A stretch of DNA of 64,000 nucleotides from Octopus vulgaris (GCA_951406725.2 OX597839.1:17856001-17920000); one strand, 5' to 3'; numbered from the stretch's first letter, positions 39,031 to 52,416 are shown. Translations and numbers: made by a program. The notes: generated from the letters alone by a model not told the origin.

Positions 39031-40159
39031 GTGTATTCTTGTGTGTCTGTGTACATATGTCTCTGCATGTGAGGGGAGAAAGTGAGGTACAAAGAAGAAA
39101 GTTCTTGACAAAGCAAGAAGGAGAAAGTAATTTTCTTGCATTTCTCCCCCCACCTCTTTCCTCTTCCTCTCCATCTCTCCCTTTCGCTCTTCATCTCTCT
39201 CCCCTGTCTTTCCTTCTGTCCTCCCTCAAAATCCATGGCAATATTTATAAATCCTAAGACATCTGCCAACTGATGATCAGAACATAAACTTTGTGTTCTC
39301 CAGGGTCTCAAAACCTTCAGTCTAAAAGTCTTACAGGTGTATGTATCAACCCCAAAGGAATGACAGGCAAAGTCATCCTTGGCTGCATTTGAACTCGAAA
39401 TGTAAGGAACTAGAAGAAATTCCACCACATTTTTTTGTCCAATGCACTAATAATTCTGCCAACTTGCCACTGAAATAATAATCCTTTCTAATGTAGGCAC
39501 AAATAAAAAAAAAAATAATAATGAAATCATTGTATACAGCGCTCAGGTGCACCACAACTTGTCAAAAGTGCATATAAAGTATATGCAGTAAAGTACAAAT
39601 GTCTGGAAAGCGAACAGTGTATGAGTCAGATACATGCTTGCGTTTGTATGGAGGGGAGAAAATCAAGTGTAGTGTTGGCGAATCTCAGGAAGCATGGAAG
39701 TTTTGAAGGATGCAGTGCTCCGATAACTAACAACTGATGCCGGCAGTCTGTTCCATGCTTCAGCAACTCTTAGCATGAAAAAAATGTTTCCGAAAGTCAT
39801 GGGAGCTGTGCTGTTTTCAGTCTTTGTAAACATGTCCATGGGTGTAAGGCCTAAAATTTGGCAGGAAGGTGGTTAGTTGATTAAATCGACCTCAGTATTT
39901 AACTGGTACTTGTTTTATCAACCCTGAAATAATGAAAGACCACATCAACCTTGATGGAATTTGAGTTCAGAACATAAAGCTGCAAGAAATGCTGCTAAAT
40001 ATCGTGTCCAAAGTATTAACAATTCTCCCAGTTTGCCATCTTAATAATAATAATAATAATCCTTTCTACTATAAGCGCAAAGCCTGGAATTTGTGGAGAG
40101 GGGAATAATCGATTACATTGACCCCAGGACTCATACACACAAGTAAAATATATATATAC

Positions 40160-40198
<39 letters not shown>

Positions 40199-40547
40199 CA
40201 TATATATATACACACAGACACACATCCATGTGTGCACAATAGACATTTTTAAAGTTTTCTGTCTACCTAATCCACTCACAAGAATTTGGCTGGCCCTGAG
40301 CCATAGCTGAAGACACTTGCCCATGGTGTCACATAGTAAGACTGAACCTGAAATCATGTTGTTTGGAAGCAAATTCTTATCACACAACCATGTTTGCACC
40401 TATTAATTTGTTTTAAATGGCTATCATCTCATTTACCATAATTCAGTTTCAGTACGCAGTTTATCAAATCATTTGTTAATGAGTACAACTAATGATAATA
40501 CTCAGTCTTCCTTGCCAGGGTTTATTAATACCTAAAATAAATGCTTT

Positions 40548-40857
40548 GTGGAGGCACATGGCCTAGTGGTTAGAGCAACAAACTCACGGTTGAGGGATCG
40601 CGGGTTCGAATCTCAGACCGAGCGATGTGTGTGTTTATGAGCGAAACACCTAAGCTCCATGCAGACCCGGCAGAAGGTAATGGCAAAACTTCTGCTGATT
40701 CTTTCGCCACAACTTTCTCTCACTCTTTCCTCCTACATCTTGCAGCTCACCTACGACGGACCGGCGTCCCGTCCAGGTGGGGAACCTATATGCCAAGAAA
40801 CCGGGAAACCGGCCTTTATGAGCCAGGCATGGCTCAAGAAGGAACAAACAATAAAAC
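40548..40857 (+). mobile_element. Full-length SINE family C with TSD
   Basis: A box TGGCCTAGTGG and B box GGTTCGAATC, with a flanking AAATGCTTTG duplication. Other copies lie at 18885 and 44390-44690 (-). Confidence 0.9.
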
Positions 40858-42639
40858 AAATGCTTTGCTTTGTAGCTTTGAGAGATGTAGAGGTGCTGCT
40901 GTGACACCTTGTGTCTCTTGGATGAGGCTTGGCAGAGTCCATCTCTCTTCAAGTTTGCTTACAGCAGATTCCATTGCCTGATCGTCCTGCAACATTATCC
41001 TCTAGCCTCTTTATTACTTTATTTAGTCTTTGATTCTTCTCAAAGCTAGTAATCTCATTCTTTCATTAATCTATGTCTTATTTAAATTTTGAAATAAGCT
41101 CCTTCCATCCTATCTATTATTTTTCTCCTTCCTTGAAGTTAGACGTGTTTTAAACCTGGCTATTATTTCTCTCCTGAATGCAACGAGCGAGCAGAATAAT
41201 TAGCACACCAGGCAAAATGCTTTGTGGCATTTCTTCCAGCCAAACATTCTGAGTTCAAATTCTGTTGAGGTCAACTTCACCTTTCTTCTTTAATAAAATT
41301 AGTAGCAGTAGAGCACTAGGGTTGATGTAATCAACTAAACCCTTCCCTATAAAAATTTCAGATTTTTTCCCTAGAGCAGAAAGGATTATTTCTCTCCTGA
41401 CCATTTATTGGTCTTTTTCCTATTTATTGGTCAATTTGTTTTTTCTACTTAACCATGTTCTTCAGCTTTTCACTGTTTCGAAGATGTCTTCCACCTCCAG
41501 CTGGGATATCCATTGTCCTTCCATGAATAGATTTCTCTGGTGTACAAGTCTTTGTTCTGTAGTAGTAAACAATGTCTTTTTCTATCCATTTTTTTATGCA
41601 ACTTTTTCTTGCATGCTATTTTGGCAAATTCACTCCTATTGTAACAATTCATAATAATTCTGTTATTCTTGCAGCAGTATTTTTATAACAACCAGGTCCT
41701 TCATGCTGCAAAGTGAGATATTTGCGATGCAGGAGACCTTTACTTGAGGACCCAGCTCATTATCACTATTGTGATAATTCTTTTATAAGGAGGATTTTGG
41801 CATTAAAGTATTACACCCATAAGTGTCTCTATTAAGACACCACTTCTCGGGGCCAACAGCCAAGACTAAAGAGACCCTCTTCTCTTTGTGGTAGGTCTAA
41901 CCCTACCAAAGTCAGTCTCAATAGTTTATGGTATTGAGTTTCTTATCATTATTGTTACCATCCTGTGCTGGTCATACAGTTTATAATGGTTAGATAGGTT
42001 AATAACAGTGGCAACTCCAGAAACAATAATTCTTTCTAATCTTGGCACAAGGCCAGCAATTTTGAGGATGGTGGGGAAATCAATTACATCAACCCCAGTA
42101 CTTAACTGGTTCTTTATTTTCCCAATAAACGGGTAAAAAAGGCAAAGTTGACCTCAACAGTATTTGAACTCAGAACCTAAAGAACTGGAAAAAAAGGCTG
42201 CTAAGCATTTTGTCCAGTGTGCTAATGATTCTGCCAGCAACGACAATAAAGAAATACTACTTCGAAGGCTGTTGACTCTCCTGATTTCATCCATCCTTTG
42301 ATAGGTTTTATTTCTTTATCCTCCTCGGTCTCCAAATAGAAGCAACACTCTTCTTGTTCAGCATGCTCTATGGAGTTGCCAATTTAGATGCCAATAGCCC
42401 TGCTTTTATGGGTGTTGTCTTGTCATCCTCAATCATGTTACAGCTTTTCTTAATATCATTGCTGTTGTTGTTATTACTGTTGCAGTATTGTGCATTATGG
42501 CAAATTATCTCATAAAGAAAGATTTATTAATTAATAGAACAAGACATAATTTCAGTTGAATTACTGAAAGGTTAAAGCTTGCTAATCTTTTCCATTTCAT
42601 TTAATATGTACCAAACAATAACAACTCTGTCAACATCTT

Positions 42640-42819
42640 CATCATCTTCATCATTACTATTATTATTATCCTTATTATTATTACCATTATTATCATTACC
42701 ATAATGACTATTATTATTATTATTATTATTATCATTCAGCCATATCATTGTTTTTACTATTATTATAATCATCTCTATCATTATTATTACTATTACTACT
42801 TTCATCATTATTATTATTA

Positions 42820-42874
<55 letters not shown>

Positions 42875-42995
42875 CAATATCACTTTTTTTTATTATTATC
42901 ATTATAACTATTATTATTATCATTATTACTATTATTATTATCTTCATCATCATTATCACTATTATTGCTATTACTTTTATTATTATGATTTTTAT
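42640..42995. repeat. (ATT)n/(ATC)n trinucleotide microsatellite
   Basis: Seen directly. Confidence 0.95.
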
Positions 42996-44119
42996 CACCG
43001 TTTCATTCTGGTGAAAGAGAGAAACAAGTAATGAACCACACTAAATCTGATATCGTAAACCCATACCATTGCTTACATAGACAAATAGACAAACTCCTCG
43101 TTTCTACATCTTCAACATTATTTCCACTGCTCACACTTGTCTATTACTTTAGCATTACTTTAAGAAGAATTTCTAGCTGTATTTCTCTGAATCTTCTTAT
43201 TTTATTGATCAAATCAAGCTTCATCCTGTTAAAATTTACTGTGTCTGCACACACACATACACACAGCTTTTTTTGTATTATTTAATATTTTTTTTTTTTA
43301 CTATTTCACAGCAGGCTAACCTTCTTTTCGTTTTTTTATTTTCTTTTTCCATTTTTTCGTTGTTTTTTTTTTCTTCCATTTTATTTATTCTGTAGACTCG
43401 ATATAGTAAAATGAAAGATACTGAGGGGGATACACACACACAAAAAAAAAAAAAGCAGAAAAAAATTTCATCTCATCTATCCACCCTTGAGGCTGGCTGC
43501 CATGTAATGGCTAAGTCCCTTATGTCATAGAAAAAAAGTATGAACAGCTAAAAATAAATATATTTTTTCTGTGTTGTCGAATTCCAGAGTTAGTTTCTAG
43601 TTTTTCTTTTGGTTTGTTCCCCTCCCCCACTTACCTTCTTTTTTGTATTTTGGGGGATTTTTTTGGTAAGTTTTCATTCTGATTTTTCTTTTTAGTTCTT
43701 GTATTCCTTCATGAGTTTAGTTATTGCAGTGTGGCCATGCTGGAGTACTGCATTCTAAAGTGTAGTTGATATTACATTAACCCTCAATAATTGTATCATT
43801 AGTGAAGGTGTGTGGCCTAGTGGTTACAGTGTTGCACTCATGATTGCAAGATTGTGGTTTCAATTCCCAGACCAGGTGGTGTGTTGTGCTCTTGTGCAAA
43901 ACCTTTCATTTTACTAAACACTTTACGGAACTCATGAATAACTCTCACATTTATGACCAATTCCTTGACCAATGACTTGCACAGCTTTCACAAGACATCT
44001 ATCCACGCCTAGTTTTCTGAGCAAACCACAAAACTACAGAGTGTGGAACATAATCTAGGGCCTTCTCCATATCAGTGAACGCCAAATATAATGGCTTATT
44101 CTAGCTAAGAACTCTTATC

Positions 44120-44975
44120 CATCCATCTTCTCTGCCCACTTTTCCTGATAGAGTCACAGAGACAGAGTCCTCAGGCACTCCTCCATAGGGTCCTTTCTGA
44201 AGCAATGGCCATTATACTTTCCAGATGGATTCCCAAGCATGATCAACTAAGACTATGGACATCATCCAAGCATCTCATTCTTGTTCTATTACTAGGTCTC
44301 CTGCCAGTTGTTGGGGTAGAATCCTTAGGCACTTCTTTCATGGGGTCCTATCATAAGCATCCATCATTACACTTTCTGGTTGGATTCTTTTTTGTTCCTT
44401 CTCGAGCTATGCCTGGCTCATAAGGGCTGGTCTCCCAGTTTCTTGGAGTATAGGTTCCCCACCTGGACGGGACGCCAGTCCGTCGTAGGTGAGCTGCAAG
44501 ATGCAGAAGGAAAGAGTGAGAGAAAGTTCTGGCGAAAGAGTCAGCAGAAGTTCACCATTACCTTCTGCCAGAGCCGTGTGGAGCTAAGGTGTTTCGCTCA
44601 TAAACACATACATCACCCGGTCTGATATTCAAACCTGCGATCCCTCGACCGCGAGTCCGCTGCTCTAACCACTAGGCCATGTGCCTCCACTTCCCAAGCA
44701 TGACCAACTGAGACTATGGATATCATCCAACCATCTCATTCTTGGACTATCTTTTGGTCTCTAGCCAGTTGGCTCAGCTTGAAGAATCTGTCACATAATT
44801 CTTTCCTCCGACTTACTAATCACGTGTTCATCGTTGCAGAGCTGAGACTTGTGAATGTGTAGAAGTCACAGCTCAGCATGGAGCAACTTCCCTATCTCCA
44901 AGCTATGCATCTTGTTGAATAACGTTAGTCCAGAGATCCTCTGGCGGAACCCCATTCCCAACACTTGTCCACTTG
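44120..44975 (-). mobile_element. RTE-like LINE 3' fragments interrupted by a family C SINE (44390-44690)
   Basis: The gattcccaagcatgacca motif is shared with 1140-1250, 35.8 kb, 36.9 kb and 51945-52140 (+, RITRQILQAE...GRPRIRWPDNI). Confidence 0.7.
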
Positions 44976-45154
44976 TACTCACATTTGTCCTCATTTAGTG
45001 GTACCTCATCAAAGTTAATTTTCTTCCTAATCAGTTAGTTGTCCTATAAATCTTTTTTGTTTTTTTGTTGACTAATTTTTTTTTTTCCATTTAAATATTC
45101 TTCATAACTGTTTCTATTGCAATAAACATTTCCATTGTGGAGAATTTTTAATTT

Positions 45155-45310
45155 GCTACTACTACAACTCCAACGACTGCGACTACTACTACTACCACCA
45201 CCACCACCACCACCACCACCACCACTGCCACCACCACCACTGCCACCAACACCACCACCACTGCCACCACCACCACCACCACCACTGCTGCTGCTACAGC
45301 TACTACTACT
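45155..45310. repeat. (CCA)n/(CTA)n trinucleotide microsatellite
   Basis: Seen directly; the poly-Pro ORF is an artefact of it. Confidence 0.95.
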
Positions 45311-45944
45311 TCTTCAAAAAAGAGTTTTCTAAGCATTTTTTTTTGATTCTGGAACTTTTGATCTTTTCAAAAAAAGAAAAGAAAAAACAAAATAAAACAA
45401 AACATTTTTTCAAACATTTGGACTTTAAAATGTAAATTTTTTACATTCAATTTATGAACAGATTTTGTTTTATAATTTTTGCCAACAATAACAACAATAC
45501 CAACAGCAACTACTACAACAATAATGATAATAGTGATTCAATATAAAAAATTAAAACGGAATTTTTAAAGATTTTTTTTTACCCTTTACTCATATATTCT
45601 CCATATCAAATCAATAAAAGAGCTTCTGCTATAACTTGTTAGAAATAGCAGCAAGATCTCCTTACCCCCAACCACAATCACATATCACAATCATAAATAA
45701 AAACAAGGCTTTTGGATAATATCTAAATATACATACTTTTATATGTACACACAGTCCTGTGGAGCCCTCTTCATGGTGATGCAAGAAGAGGAAGATATCA
45801 CACTTACATCAACATGATGCAGATATTGGCCTACAGGCCAATATCGAGGCAGGATATCGAGGCAGTGAAGATGGACTAAGTAGTATGGTGGGTAGACTTT
45901 GTTGCTGCAGCCTGGGTTGGAACCCAACCATAATAATAATAAAA

Positions 45945-46300
45945 TGCATACATACATACATTAACACCCCCTCCTCAGTCATGAATGACCATGGGATTGC
46001 TCCTAGAAAGTTACCCTCCGAGGCACAAGTCCGGGCAAGGTTGTTTATAGAAGACCAACAGTTGCCCATGCATACCAGCCACCCCTCTCCACGCCACCGA
46101 TGTTATCCAAGGGAAATGCAAAAGTTGATACAGCTTGGCACCAGTGACATCGCAACTCATTTCTACAGCTGAGTGAACTGGAGCAACGTGAAATAAAGTG
46201 TCTTGCTCAAGAACACAACATGCAGCCTGGTCTAGGAATCGAACTTGCAACCTCATGATCGTAAGCTCAACATTCTAGCCACTGAGCCATGCACCTTCCC
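45945..46300 (-). mobile_element. SINE family D (tRNA head, V-SINE-like body, (ATGT)n tail)
   Basis: The minus strand reads TGGCTCAGTGG...AGTTCGATTCC...GTGTTCTTGAGCAAGACAC. Related pieces lie at 43805-43915, 48050-48275 and 57243-57480. Confidence 0.75.
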
Positions 46301-47638
46301 ATACATACATACATACGAGTGCACTCCATTGGTTACAATGACAAGGGTTCCAGTTGATCGGATCAGTGGAACAGCCTGTTCATGAACTTGCAAATGGCTC
46401 AGCACTCCACCAGCATATGTACCCTTAGCATAGTTCTCAGGGAGATTTAACATGACAGAATGTGATGAAGTTGGACCTTTGAAATACAGGTGCCACTTGA
46501 CTGAGTAATCTGAATGATAAAGAGCTAAGGCCCTTCAATTTCGGGTTTTGTTTCCATGTCTGGAATTTCTCCAAATACTCCACTGATCTTGTTATTGGAA
46601 CAAAATCATCAGCATACAAGAGTTTCCACAGACAGCCAAAATGATGAAGAGAACAGTTGTGTGAGTAGAGTATCACTCATAAGTTTTCACACTCAAGATA
46701 CATGAACCTCTACATAGTTATTTGGTGTGCTAAGAACAATGCTGGTGCATAAACCAAAAAATGCAGAAGATGTAGAAAAGCTGGAAAGAAATGAAGCAAT
46801 CATGCTTCACTGGATAAGAAATTTGGGGATTTGTGGACAACAAGGCAAAGACTTGCTAAGAGAAAAACCATGTTGTGTGCATGGGAAATGATTGCATTAG
46901 TGAAGATAATAATGAGTATGGATGATGACAGCTGAGTAAAGAAGTGACAGAAGGTCCATGTGGAAGGAAACAGAGGAAGGTTAAGATAAAAGTGAGGAAG
47001 ATAGATGTCAGGGGGCTGAGTAACACTAAGGAGATAATAAATACAGATTCAACTGTATTCAAGGGGACTCTCTAAGCCATTGTAGAGTGATTGGTATTAA
47101 AAAAGGCATCCGACTGTAGAAACTGTGCTGAAGCTGACAAGGGAATTTGATGCAGTCCTATGGCTTGCCAGATCCTGTCAAACAATCCAACCCATGCCAG
47201 CATGGATAAAGGGCTGTTAGATAATAATAATAATAATAATGATAATAATAATAATAATAATTACACAGTATATACAGTGGTTGTGTGGTAAGAAGTTTGC
47301 TTCCTAACCACATGGTTCCAGGTTCAGTGCCACTACATGGCACCTTGGGCAAGTATCTTCTATTACAGTCTTGGGATGACCATAGCCTTATGAGTGGATT
47401 TACGAGACAGAAACTGAAAGAAACCCATTGTGTGTGTGTGTCTTTGTATCTGCTTGACAATCGGTGTTGGTGTGTTTATATCCCTTAACCTAGCAGTTCA
47501 AACAGAAGGAGATTAATAGAATAAGTAGTGGACTTTACAAAATAATCAGCATTGGGGTCAATTAGTTGAACTAAAATTCTTCAAGGTGGTGTCCCAGCAT
47601 GGCCGCAGACTAATGAATGAAACAAGATAAGAGATATA

Positions 47639-48013
47639 TCTTTATATATAAAAGTCAAGTTGTGTGTCTGTCTCCTACGATTTAGATTCCTAACTACTCC
47701 CACATTTTGCGGTGCAGTTTAACCAAAACCGGGTATCTTATAGTTGTGATTCATATCGAGCCCTTCTGGGTATTAGCGCATGTCTACGATGAGTCTACGA
47801 TTTAAAAAAAAATTTACCATAATTTTTTTCCATTTTAATGCATTTTTTCGCTATTATATAAGGGAAGTAACTCTCTAAAAATGTCTACGATGAGTCAACG
47901 ATTTAAAAAAAATTTACCATCATTTTTTTGCTATTTTTTGGCTATAACTCTCTAAAAATGCTTATATAGTTATTTCCCTTACAAACCCAAGCAACGCCGG
48001 GCGATACTGCTAG
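47639..48013 (+). mobile_element. Non-autonomous Helitron
   Basis: A|TCTTTATATATAAAA at the 5' end and CCCAAGCAACGCCGGGCGATACTGCTAG|T at the 3' end, with an internal duplication of about 50 bp (47780 and 47881). Confidence 0.85.
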
Positions 48014-48682
48014 TGTTTATATAAAAATAAACTGGAAGTCCTTTGCTTATGATAATGAATATTTCAGTTGATCTGATCAATGGAACAGATTGCTCATGAG
48101 ATTAACATGCAAGTGGTTGAGTACTCCACAGACACGTCTACCCCTTCACATACTTCTCAGGGAGATTCAGCATGACACAGAGTGTGACAAGGCTCGCCGC
48201 TTGAAATACAGGTACAACTCACTTTTGCCAGCTGAGTGGACTGGAGCAGTTTGAAATAAAGTGTCTTCCTCAAAGACATATATAAAGGTAAGATCCAAGA
48301 ATCCAGGTGTAGTAAGAAGTCCGTGGAAGGTATAAAAAACAATTTTCAGGAATAATAGTGGTTTATCGACTTAGAAGGTTGTAAATTTTTCCCATATCGA
48401 AAATTGATAAGCTGAAAAAAAGGTTATTTTATAGTTCACAGTTAGCAACCGGAGTTGCTGTGTATGTGAATAAAAATCCAGATTAAGGGAATAGAGCAGG
48501 TAAAATCCAGGCTACATATGTTTCCTAGCTAACAGAACCTCAGAAGTAGTAATTACTCAATGAGGGGCACTCCACTAGCTACTCATCAAGCCAAAGATTC
48601 CTTAATCAAATGAAGGTTACATGTAGCCTGGATTTTACTTTCTCCATTCCCTAAATTTGGATTTATATGTATATTAAAGTAA

Positions 48683-48768
48683 AGACCCTGAAGAAATTGC
48701 ACCGGTGTTTTAGTAGGGTTGCAGTTGCAACAGTTACTAATCGATGCAGTTGAAACATGTGTAGGTCT
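48683..48768 (+). ncRNA. Type I hammerhead ribozyme with long stem II, intact core
   Basis: AGACC CTGAAGA AATTGCA...TGCAGTT GAAA CATGTG TA GGTCT. It has a palindromic ACATGT in stem III, and GUA cleavage is predicted after 48763. Confidence 0.85.
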
Positions 48769-48854
48769 ATGTAAAGTTGTATATATAGAAAAGAATTAAA
48801 GGTAATGCTATGCTACTTCGTAATATTCCTTATTATTAATATATATTCGTTGAT

Positions 48855-49586
48855 TCTCTTATTCTTTCACTGGTTTCAGTCATTTGACTGCAGCCATGCT
48901 GGAGCACCACCTTTAGTCGAATGAATCAACCCCAGGACTTATTCTTTGTAAGCCTGTAACTTATTCTATTGGTCTGTTTTGCTGAACTGCTAAGTTACAG
49001 GGACATACACCAACATTGGTTGTCAAGCGATGATGGGGTGACAAACACAGACACACAAACATATATATATATATATATATATATCATCATCATCATCATC
49101 GTTTAGCGTCCGCTTTCCATGCTGGCATGGGTTGGACGGTTCAACTGGGGTCTGGGAAGCCAGAAGGCTGTACCAGGCCCAGTCTGATCTGGCAATGTTT
49201 CTACGGCTGGATGCCCTTCCTAACGCCAACCACTCCATGAGTGTAGTGGGTTCTTTTTACATGCCACCAGCATGGAGGCCAGTCGGGGTGGTGCTGGCAA
49301 TGGCCACGTTCGGATGGTTCTCTTATGTACCACCGGCACTGGTATCACAGCTACAATTTCCATTGATGTTGATCGATTTTGATTTTGATTTTGATTTTAT
49401 ATATACATATATATATATATATATATGATGGGCTTCTTTCAGTTTCCATCTACCAAATCCACCAACAAGGCTTTGGGTGGCCCGAGGCTATAGTAGAAGA
49501 CACTTGCCCAAGTTGCCACACAGTGGGACTGAACCTGGAACCATGTTGTTGGGAAGCAAGCTTCTTACCATGCAGCCACACCTGTG

Positions 49587-49589
<3 letters not shown>
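48855..49589 (-). mobile_element. SINE family A with an RTE 3' end (about 49084-49395) inserted in its (TA)n tract
   Basis: Both SINE halves are present, with a (cat)n-tailed RTE segment between them. Confidence 0.85.
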
Positions 49590-49656
<67 letters not shown>

Positions 49657-50124
49657 ATTCATAGAATACATATATCCAACTCTCCCACCCTTTCACTTCC
49701 TAAGTTACAATCACACTTTCCTCACCACTGCCACCTCAATTCAGTTTGTTTTACTCCACACCATTTTACATTCTCTCTCTTATGATTTGATTTCATTCTC
49801 CTCATTGATTGCTATTATTCTGTTCGCTATAAATTTCTCTCTCATCAAGAATATTTAAGATTTTACATGAAGAAACAGCAAACAGAATAAAATCCTGATT
49901 GAGGACATGCCAGCCATGACCATCCTGTCTTTCAAAAGCTACCTAGAACTTAGTATTTCTTCTGGCTCTTTATGTTCTGAGTTCAAATTCTGCCAAGGTC
50001 AATCTTATCTTTCATCCTTTCACAATTGATTTATCAATAAGTACCAGTTTATCATAGGTGTTGATGTAAAGGACTTACCCTCTCCCCCTAAGTTTGTTTG
50101 CAGTATTTTGTCCGTCTTTACACA

Positions 50125-50369
50125 ATGTTCTCAGATTGACACCCAGGGACTCTGAAATGTTCATATTGAAGCTTCAGGCATGAATGCCAAGCAGCACAGC
50201 ATGTTGTGTCCAAATTTCAGGCAGAGTGAATTGCATGATGGTACTGTTTTTCTCACAGACAGTGCCCAGCTGAACCTACTATACTGTGTAGTCGACAAAA
50301 TCAAAAACAAAGAATGTATATGCACAAAACTAAAAATATAAAATGGCAACAATTTACCTATCGCACTCT
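50125..50369. mobile_element. Tc1/mariner-type non-autonomous remnant
   Basis: On the - strand it begins TA|CAGAGTGCGATAGG next to a (TA)n tract. Confidence 0.4.
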
Positions 50370-50530
50370 GTATATATATATATATATATATGAATGTGTG
50401 TGTGTATACACACACACAACAGGTTTCTTTCAGTTTCTGTCCGCTAAATCCACTCACAAGGCTTTGGTCAACCCAAAGTTATAGTAGAAGACACTTGCTT
50501 AAGGTGCTACGCCATAGGAATGAACCCAAA

Positions 50531-50761
50531 GGCGGCAAGCAGGCAGAAACGTTAGCACACCGGGTGAAATGCATAGCTGTATTTCGTCTGCTGTTACGCT
50601 CTGAGTTCAAATTCCGCTGAGGTTGACTTTGCCTTTCCTCCTCTCGGGGTCGATAAATTAAGTACTAGTTACGTACTGGGGTCGATGTAATCGACTTAAT
50701 CCGTTTGTCTGTCCTTGTTTGTCCCCTCTGTGTTTAGCCCCTTGTGGGCTGTAAAGAAATA
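50531..50761 (+). mobile_element. Full-length SINE family B nested in a - strand family A SINE (50420-50822)
   Basis: GGCGGCAAGCAGGCAGAAACGTTAG...GAGTTCAAATTCC; the host sequence ataggaatgaacccaaa is duplicated on both sides (TSD). Confidence 0.9.
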
Positions 50762-51426
50762 GGAATGAACCCAAAGCCACGTGGTTGGGAAGCAGACTTC
50801 TTACCACACAGCCATATATACCTATGTCTTATTTCACCCCTTCGTCTTCCTTTGCCCTCATCTTCTATGCAACTCCCCACCACACATAAACACACACAAA
50901 ATGTTAATTGTCTATATAATGTCCCCCTCATCTGATGTCCCTGTGGTGAATAAAAGAAAACTGTTTTATTTTTATTATTATTATTGTCATCATTATTATC
51001 GTCATCATTATCATCATTATTATTATTATTATCTTCATATTGAAATACCAGAATTTTTTCAAATCCAATAATTCAGAAAAGAAATTTAACGAGTACTTGG
51101 CAAAACAGCTCTTGTTTGATGAGACTGCCATATTTTTGCTGAAAAATTGTCCTTTTTTTTTTATTTATATTTATTATTTATTTTTTTTGTAAATTAAATG
51201 AATTTAATCTGTCTGTCATTTCAAAAAAAAAAAAAAGATTAATTTTTTGTTTGATACTTTTTTTATTTTTTATCACACAGCAATGAATGAATGTCCTTCA
51301 TTAAAGAAAATTTGAAATTCTGGTCTTTTATATAAAAAAATTCTTTTGATTGCACTCTTTGTCTGTCTGTCTATCTCTCTCTCTATTCTCTCTCCCACAC
51401 ACACACACACACCACTCTCACACATA

Positions 51427-51466
<40 letters not shown>

Positions 51467-52195
51467 ACTTGCCTACTTACAATGAAATTTCAGTTTTAAA
51501 GCGTTGAAGTGCAGTAGAGGTTAGCAACAGTGCTATTTTGCACTAAACTTTATGTGAAATAATTTCCTATGAAAACTAATAATTAACAAGCAATTGAGGA
51601 GGGATCTTATATGTCATGGGTGGGGAACCATTTTTACTACCTGGTGGTGGTGGTGTTTGGGTTGGGGGTAAATTATAAGTGCACAAGAACCTGTGATGGG
51701 GGTGGGTGGTGGCACATTTGCGTTGAGAAGAATGATGACTCATTAATTTTACAAATTCATAGGTTCTACTCCTTCTATTTCTGTTACTGCTCCTCCTCCT
51801 CCTCCTCCTCCTCCTCCAGTTGTTTTGTGTTGTAGTCATCAGCAGCTGCTATCTTCTTGAGTTTGCATGGGTTCTTTTCTCTTTTTCTTTTTTTTTTCTT
51901 TTTTGTTTCTGGTTAATAGTCTGTGAGGCTGTTAAAGTGTCACAGAAAAGAATCACAAGACAGATTCTACAAGCTGAGTCAATCAGCCGGAGTCTTAAGG
52001 GTAGACCAAGAATTAGATGGCCGGATAATATCCGTAGTCTCGGTTGGTCATGCTTGGGAATCCAGTCAGTAATAACAGTTATTTCTGATAACACCCTAGG
52101 AAGGAGATGCCTATAGACTCTACCCCCATGACCCTATCAGATTTTCTTGTTAAAATTTATGTGCAATAAATTAGTTATATTTCTGCAATGCCCAT

Positions 52196-52416
52196 GGGCA
52201 TATGGCGTAGTGGTTAAGAGCATGGGCTACTAACCCCAAGATTCCGAGTTCAATTCCAAGCAGTGACCTGAATAATAATAATAACAACAATAACATCGAA
52301 AAATACCTTAGGAATGAGAACCCAAGTTCGAGGTTTCCCCAAGACACCTGATGAAGGTTGGAGGGTATATCAGTTGAAACGTTATGTTAATAACAAACAA
52401 GATGAGGACAAATATC
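52196..52416 (+). mobile_element. tRNA-headed SINE-like element ending in a hammerhead-like motif (52343-52388)
   Basis: A box TGGCGTAGTGG (52203-52213), B box GTTCAATTC (52248-52256), an (AAT)n spacer, then GACAC CTGATGA A GGTTG-GAGGGTATAT-CAGTT GAAA CG TT ATGTT. Confidence 0.65.

Noticed and set aside
40548-40620. tRNA gene-like sequence (also at 52196 and 46230)
   Set aside because: The acceptor stems are incomplete and each continues into a SINE body.
45135-45332. Poly-proline ORF
   Set aside because: It is a (CCA)n microsatellite with no flanking coding or splice support.
45755-45940. Exon-like GC-richer island
   Set aside because: It reads LWSPLHGDARRGR...TYI followed by a (TAA)n tail, i.e. 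a decayed LINE 3' end.
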